Source: an uncultured Planctomycetota bacterium (GTDB taxonomy: Bacteria > Planctomycetota > Planctomycetia > Isosphaerales > Isosphaeraceae). From it: a stretch of 64,000 nt of DNA. Below the pieces are notes generated by a model. It did no database searches. It was not told the origin of the DNA and was given only the letters and a program-made list of their open reading frames with translations. The translations under genes and the position numbers were made by a program. The stretch is taken from NCBI GenBank assembly GCA_963737655.1, contig CAVTTN010000002.1:2528001-2592000 (forward strand), in the 5' to 3' direction. This document shows, piece after piece, positions 60,622-64,000 of this stretch. Each line of letters begins with the position of its first letter. Positions within the stretch are counted from its first letter, which is position 1.

Positions 60622-61475
60622 GCGCGACCCGGGCCATCGTGGCCAAGCAGATGGTGGAGTCGCGATGGCTCCTGGGGCTGTCGGCACTGGCCCTGTTCGG
60701 GATCAGCTGGCTGACGGTCTACATCGAGTCGCGTTTCGAGGCCAATCAACGGGCCCTCCAGGACTCGCCCGAGGCGGCCATGAGGGGCAACGGGTTCCGC
60801 ATGTTCGCCCGGGCCGTCGGCGGCGATTCGGTCGATAACTCCTCGGGCGCGATGGAAGTTGCCCTCTGGTGCCATCCTTTGTTCGTCTACCCCCTGGTGA
60901 TGGCCTGGGCCCTGGCCCGGGGCTCGTCGCCGGTGGCCGGCGAGCTCGATCGAGGCCGGCTGGACCTGGTCCTCTCGCGGCCGATCAGCCGGTCCGGCTA
61001 TCTCGGGGCCCACGTGACGGTGGCCATCCTCGGGCTCGTGATCCTCGGCGGGGCCCTGGTCGCGGGGAACCTCGCGGCGACCCGGGCCTACCCCATCGAG
61101 GCCCCTCCGGGGCTCGTCGCGCTGAGCAAGGCCGCCGGGATCGTCTGCCTCCTCGGATTCGCCATCTACGGCTATACCCTCGCGTTCTCCGCCGCCGACC
61201 GGACCTGGTGGCGACCGGTCCTGTTCGGCCTCCTGGTGACGATCGGCGGGGGGATCGCCTCGGGAGTGGGGCAATTGCTCGCGCAGATCCAGAAGGTGGA
61301 TCGCTACCGGAACCTCCGCTACGTCTCGATCTTCCACTACTTCGACCCGGTGGCGGCCCTGGTCGGGGCGAAGGAGGCGGTCACCGACACCTGGGTCTTC
61401 CTCGGAGTCGCGATGACCGGGCTGGTGGTGGCGTTCCTGATCTTCGTCCGCCGCGACCTGCCGACCTCGGGTTGA
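60618..61475 (+). CDS. ABC-2 type transporter permease
   Basis: About 6 TM; GELDRGRLDLVLSRPISR motif. Confidence 0.88.
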   Translation: MSATRAIVAKQMVESRWLLGLSALALFGISWLTVYIESRFEANQRALQDSPEAAMRGNGFRMFARAVGGDSVDNSSGAMEVALWCHPLFVYPLVMAWALARGSSPVAGELDRGRLDLVLSRPISRSGYLGAHVTVAILGLVILGGALVAGNLAATRAYPIEAPPGLVALSKAAGIVCLLGFAIYGYTLAFSAADRTWWRPVLFGLLVTIGGGIASGVGQLLAQIQKVDRYRNLRYVSIFHYFDPVAALVGAKEAVTDTWVFLGVAMTGLVVAFLIFVRRDLPTSG

Positions 61476-61492
61476 AGGTGGGCCCTGAAGAC

Positions 61493-62185
61493 TCAGGCCC
61501 GATCGTGAGGCGGTCGCTCCAGCCCCAGGGCCCGGCACGCTTCCTCGTACACCTGATCGACCGACCCGGAGCCATCGACCCGGAAGAAGCGGTCGGGGGC
61601 GTGGGTGCGATAGTAGTCGAGGATCGGCAGGGCGTATTCGTCGTAGATCTGCTGACGGACGGCGACGACGTCCAGGGCGTCGTCCTTGCGACGTTCAAGT
61701 TTCGCGCCGTCGAGGTCGCAGGTCTCGGCGACCTTCGGCGGCTTGGCCAGGACGTGGTACGTCGCCCCGCAGACGGGACAGACCCGCCGGCCGGTCATCC
61801 TCGCCTCGGCGTCCTCCCGCGTCACGGCGATCTCGAGATACGCGCCGATCCGGAACCCCAGGCGCTCCTCGAACCCCTCCAGGAGGGGCACCTGGCCCAT
61901 CGTCCGGGGGAAGCCGTCGAAGAGGAGCTTCTCGGTCCCCGGGGCCTTGAGGCTCTGCTCCAGGAGCTCGAAGATCAGCGGGTCGGGCACGAGGTTGCCG
62001 CTGGCCAGGTGGATGGCCACCCTCTGGCCCAGGAAGTCGTTCCGGCGAATCGCGGCCCGGAGGAGCTCGCCGGTGCGGACCAGCGTGTACCCGAACTCGG
62101 ACCCGAGCCGCTCCGCCAGGCTGCTCTTGCCGCTTCCGGGCCGACCGAACACGACCAGATGGCTAGGGGGGGCCGCCTCTCGCAA
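61493..62185 (-). CDS. adk: Adenylate kinase with zinc-type LID
   Basis: GRPGSGKS, TGELLR, GNLVPD, DGFPRT, RRVCPVCG..C D, RKDD; start codon uncertain. Confidence 0.9.
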   Translation of the reverse strand: MREAAPPSHLVVFGRPGSGKSSLAERLGSEFGYTLVRTGELLRAAIRRNDFLGQRVAIHLASGNLVPDPLIFELLEQSLKAPGTEKLLFDGFPRTMGQVPLLEGFEERLGFRIGAYLEIAVTREDAEARMTGRRVCPVCGATYHVLAKPPKVAETCDLDGAKLERRKDDALDVVAVRQQIYDEYALPILDYYRTHAPDRFFRVDGSGSVDQVYEEACRALGLERPPHDRA

Positions 62186-62447
62186 GCGAACGCTCCTGTC
62201 CGGGCGGAGACTCGGGTGGACGAGACGGCGAACATCCTAGTCCATCCCGGGCCGAGCTCCAAGCCCGGTCGCGACGAAAAGGGTGTCAGTTCAATTTTCG
62301 CCGGCAAGCCGACCAGACGAAGCCCGGCCTCGCGAGCCGCCCTCGCCTCGCGGAAAACCCGGGATGGGCCTCGTCCCGGGCGTGATCCCCGCGCCGAGCA
62401 TGATGCCCCGACTCCCGAAGGGCCTGGCCACGGAGCGTCCTGACGGC

Positions 62448-62476
62448 TTGACAGGCGAACCCGCTCGGAGTTCAAT
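62448..62476 (+). promoter_or_regulatory. Putative sigma70 promoter of the tRNA
   Basis: TTGACA-N17-TTCAAT just upstream of the tRNA. Confidence 0.55.
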
Positions 62477-62490
62477 GTCCTTTCAAGGAT

Positions 62491-62564
62491 GTGCCCGTAG
62501 CTCAATTGGATAGAGCGTCAGCCTCCGAAGCTGAAGGTTACAGGTTCAAGTCCTGTCGGGCATA
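62491..62564 (+). tRNA. tRNA-Arg (anticodon CCG), CCA not encoded
   Basis: Acceptor GTGCCCG/CGGGCAT, D-arm AGCTCAATTGGATAGAGC, anticodon arm TCAGC-CTCCGAA-GCTGA, T-arm ACAGG-TTCAAGT-CCTGT. Confidence 0.95.
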
Positions 62565-62673
62565 CTGGACGTAAAATCGGCCGAGTGCTCCACTTAGCTC
62601 ACCCGTCTGGACGGACGGAGCGGCCCGGAAAACCCCCAGAAAGCCGGTGGTCTACCGGTTTGGAGGTCGATCC

Positions 62674-63860
62674 GTGCCCACTCTCCGCCTGCGGACCCCG
62701 AATTACCGCCTCCACAAGCCCAGCGGCCAGGCCGTCGTCACCTTGGACGGCCACGATTTCTACCTCGGCCGGCACGGCTCGCCCGAGGGCCGTGCGGAGT
62801 ACAACGCCTGGTCGCCGAGTGGCTGGCCTCGGGCCGGCGGCTGCGGCCGTCCGGCCCCGACCCCGCGTCCGCCGGCCCGACCGTCGGCGAAGTGCTGCTC
62901 GCCTACCTTCGACATGCCGAGTCGTACTACGTCAAGAACGGGAAGGCGACTCGCGAGACGACCAACATCCAGCTGGCCCTGCGGCCGGTCCGCCGGCTGT
63001 ACGGGCACACGCCGGCCCGCGACTTCGGCCCGCTGGCCCTCAAGGCGGTCCGCCAGGACATGATCGACTCGGGCCTGTGCCGCAACGAGGTCAATAAGCG
63101 GGTCGGCAAGGTCGTCCGCGCCTTCAAGTGGGCCGTCGGCGAGGAGCTGGTCCCCCCCAGCGTCCACCACGGCCTCCAGGCCGTCTCGGGGCTGAGGCGG
63201 GGCCGGGCCGACGTCCGCGAGTCCGAGCCGGTCCGCCCGGTCCCCGAGGCGTTCGTCGACGCGATCCGCTCCCACGTCGCCCGCCAGGTCTGGGCGATGG
63301 TCGAGCTCCAGCGGCTGACCGGGATGAGGCCCGGCGAGGTCGTCCTGGTGCGGGGCCGCGACCTCGACACCTCGGGCCGGGTCTGGACGTATCGGCCCGG
63401 CTCGCACAAGACCGAGCACCACGGCCGCGAGCGGGTCATCTGCCTCGGCCCGAAGGCCCAGGCCGTGCTGCGGCCGTGGCTTCGGCCGGCCCCGGAGGGA
63501 CCCCTCTTCAGCCCGGCCGAGGCGGTGGCGGAGCGGAACGCGGAGAAGCGGCGGCTCCGCAAGGCCCCGCTGACGCCCTCGCAGCGGGCCCGGGCCCGGC
63601 GTCGCTCCCCGCGGAAGGCCCCCGGGGACGCCTACACGGCGGACTCGTACCGCCGGGCGATCGCCTACGGGTGCAAATGGGCCGGGGTGCCGAGGTGGCA
63701 CCCGAACCGGCTCCGGCACAACGCCGCGACGGCGATCCGCTCGCGGTTCGGGCTGGAGGCCGCCCAGCTGGTCCTGGGCCACGCCAAGGCGGACGTGACC
63801 CAGGTCTACGCCGAGCGGGACCTCGCCCGGGCCGTCGCGGTCATGGCCGAATTCGGCTGA
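62674..63860 (+). mobile_element. Tyrosine recombinase/phage-type integrase next to the tRNA; frameshift near 62805
   Basis: N-terminal YRLHKPSGQAVV; catalytic TGMRPGE, HKT, HPNRLRH, LGH, TQVY. Confidence 0.9.
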
Positions 63861-64000
63861 GGCCGGGCCGGCCCCCCGGTGGGGACGGCCGTCGGCCGAG
63901 GGACGGGGTGGAAGCCGCTTCCACCCCGTCGCGGCCGAATGTCGGGGCCTCATGCTTGATCTCGGGCGCGGTTCGGCCTGCCCACGCCCGGGTCGGAATT

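Overview
This is a GC-rich, gene-dense bacterial chromosome segment. Several features point to a planctomycete, probably Isosphaeraceae-like (inference): a PVC-type heme-binding CxxCH protein, an LExLEDR-leader surface protein, a YTV-repeat protein and a Uma2 nuclease. Housekeeping genes include a phosphohexomutase, uvrC, egtB, aroB, serA, dprA, adk and tRNA-Arg(CCG). Other content: a MoxR AAA/vWA/DUF58/BatA cluster; a trypsin-Ig-repeat surface protease next to a PEP-CTERM gene; three tandem paralogous secreted proteins; a DPP-IV/YhdT/PanF-like/nitrilase operon; many REP/REPIN palindromes, including a six-layer nested one; and a tyrosine integrase right after the tRNA, the probable edge of an island. 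About nine genes carry single-base frameshifts, most at short homopolymers, most likely long-read assembly errors. The most notable candidate system is the minus-strand operon at 52320-57061. It encodes an XPB helicase, a stand-alone 74-aa protein that resembles TFIIH p8/Tfb5, and a translationally coupled 745-aa protein whose C-terminal half resembles two tandem copies of the TFIIH p52/Tfb2 clutch plus C-terminal domain. This looks like a bacterial XPB-p52-p8 'mini-TFIIH' module. All homology calls were made by eye from motifs and recalled sequences; no database searches were run.
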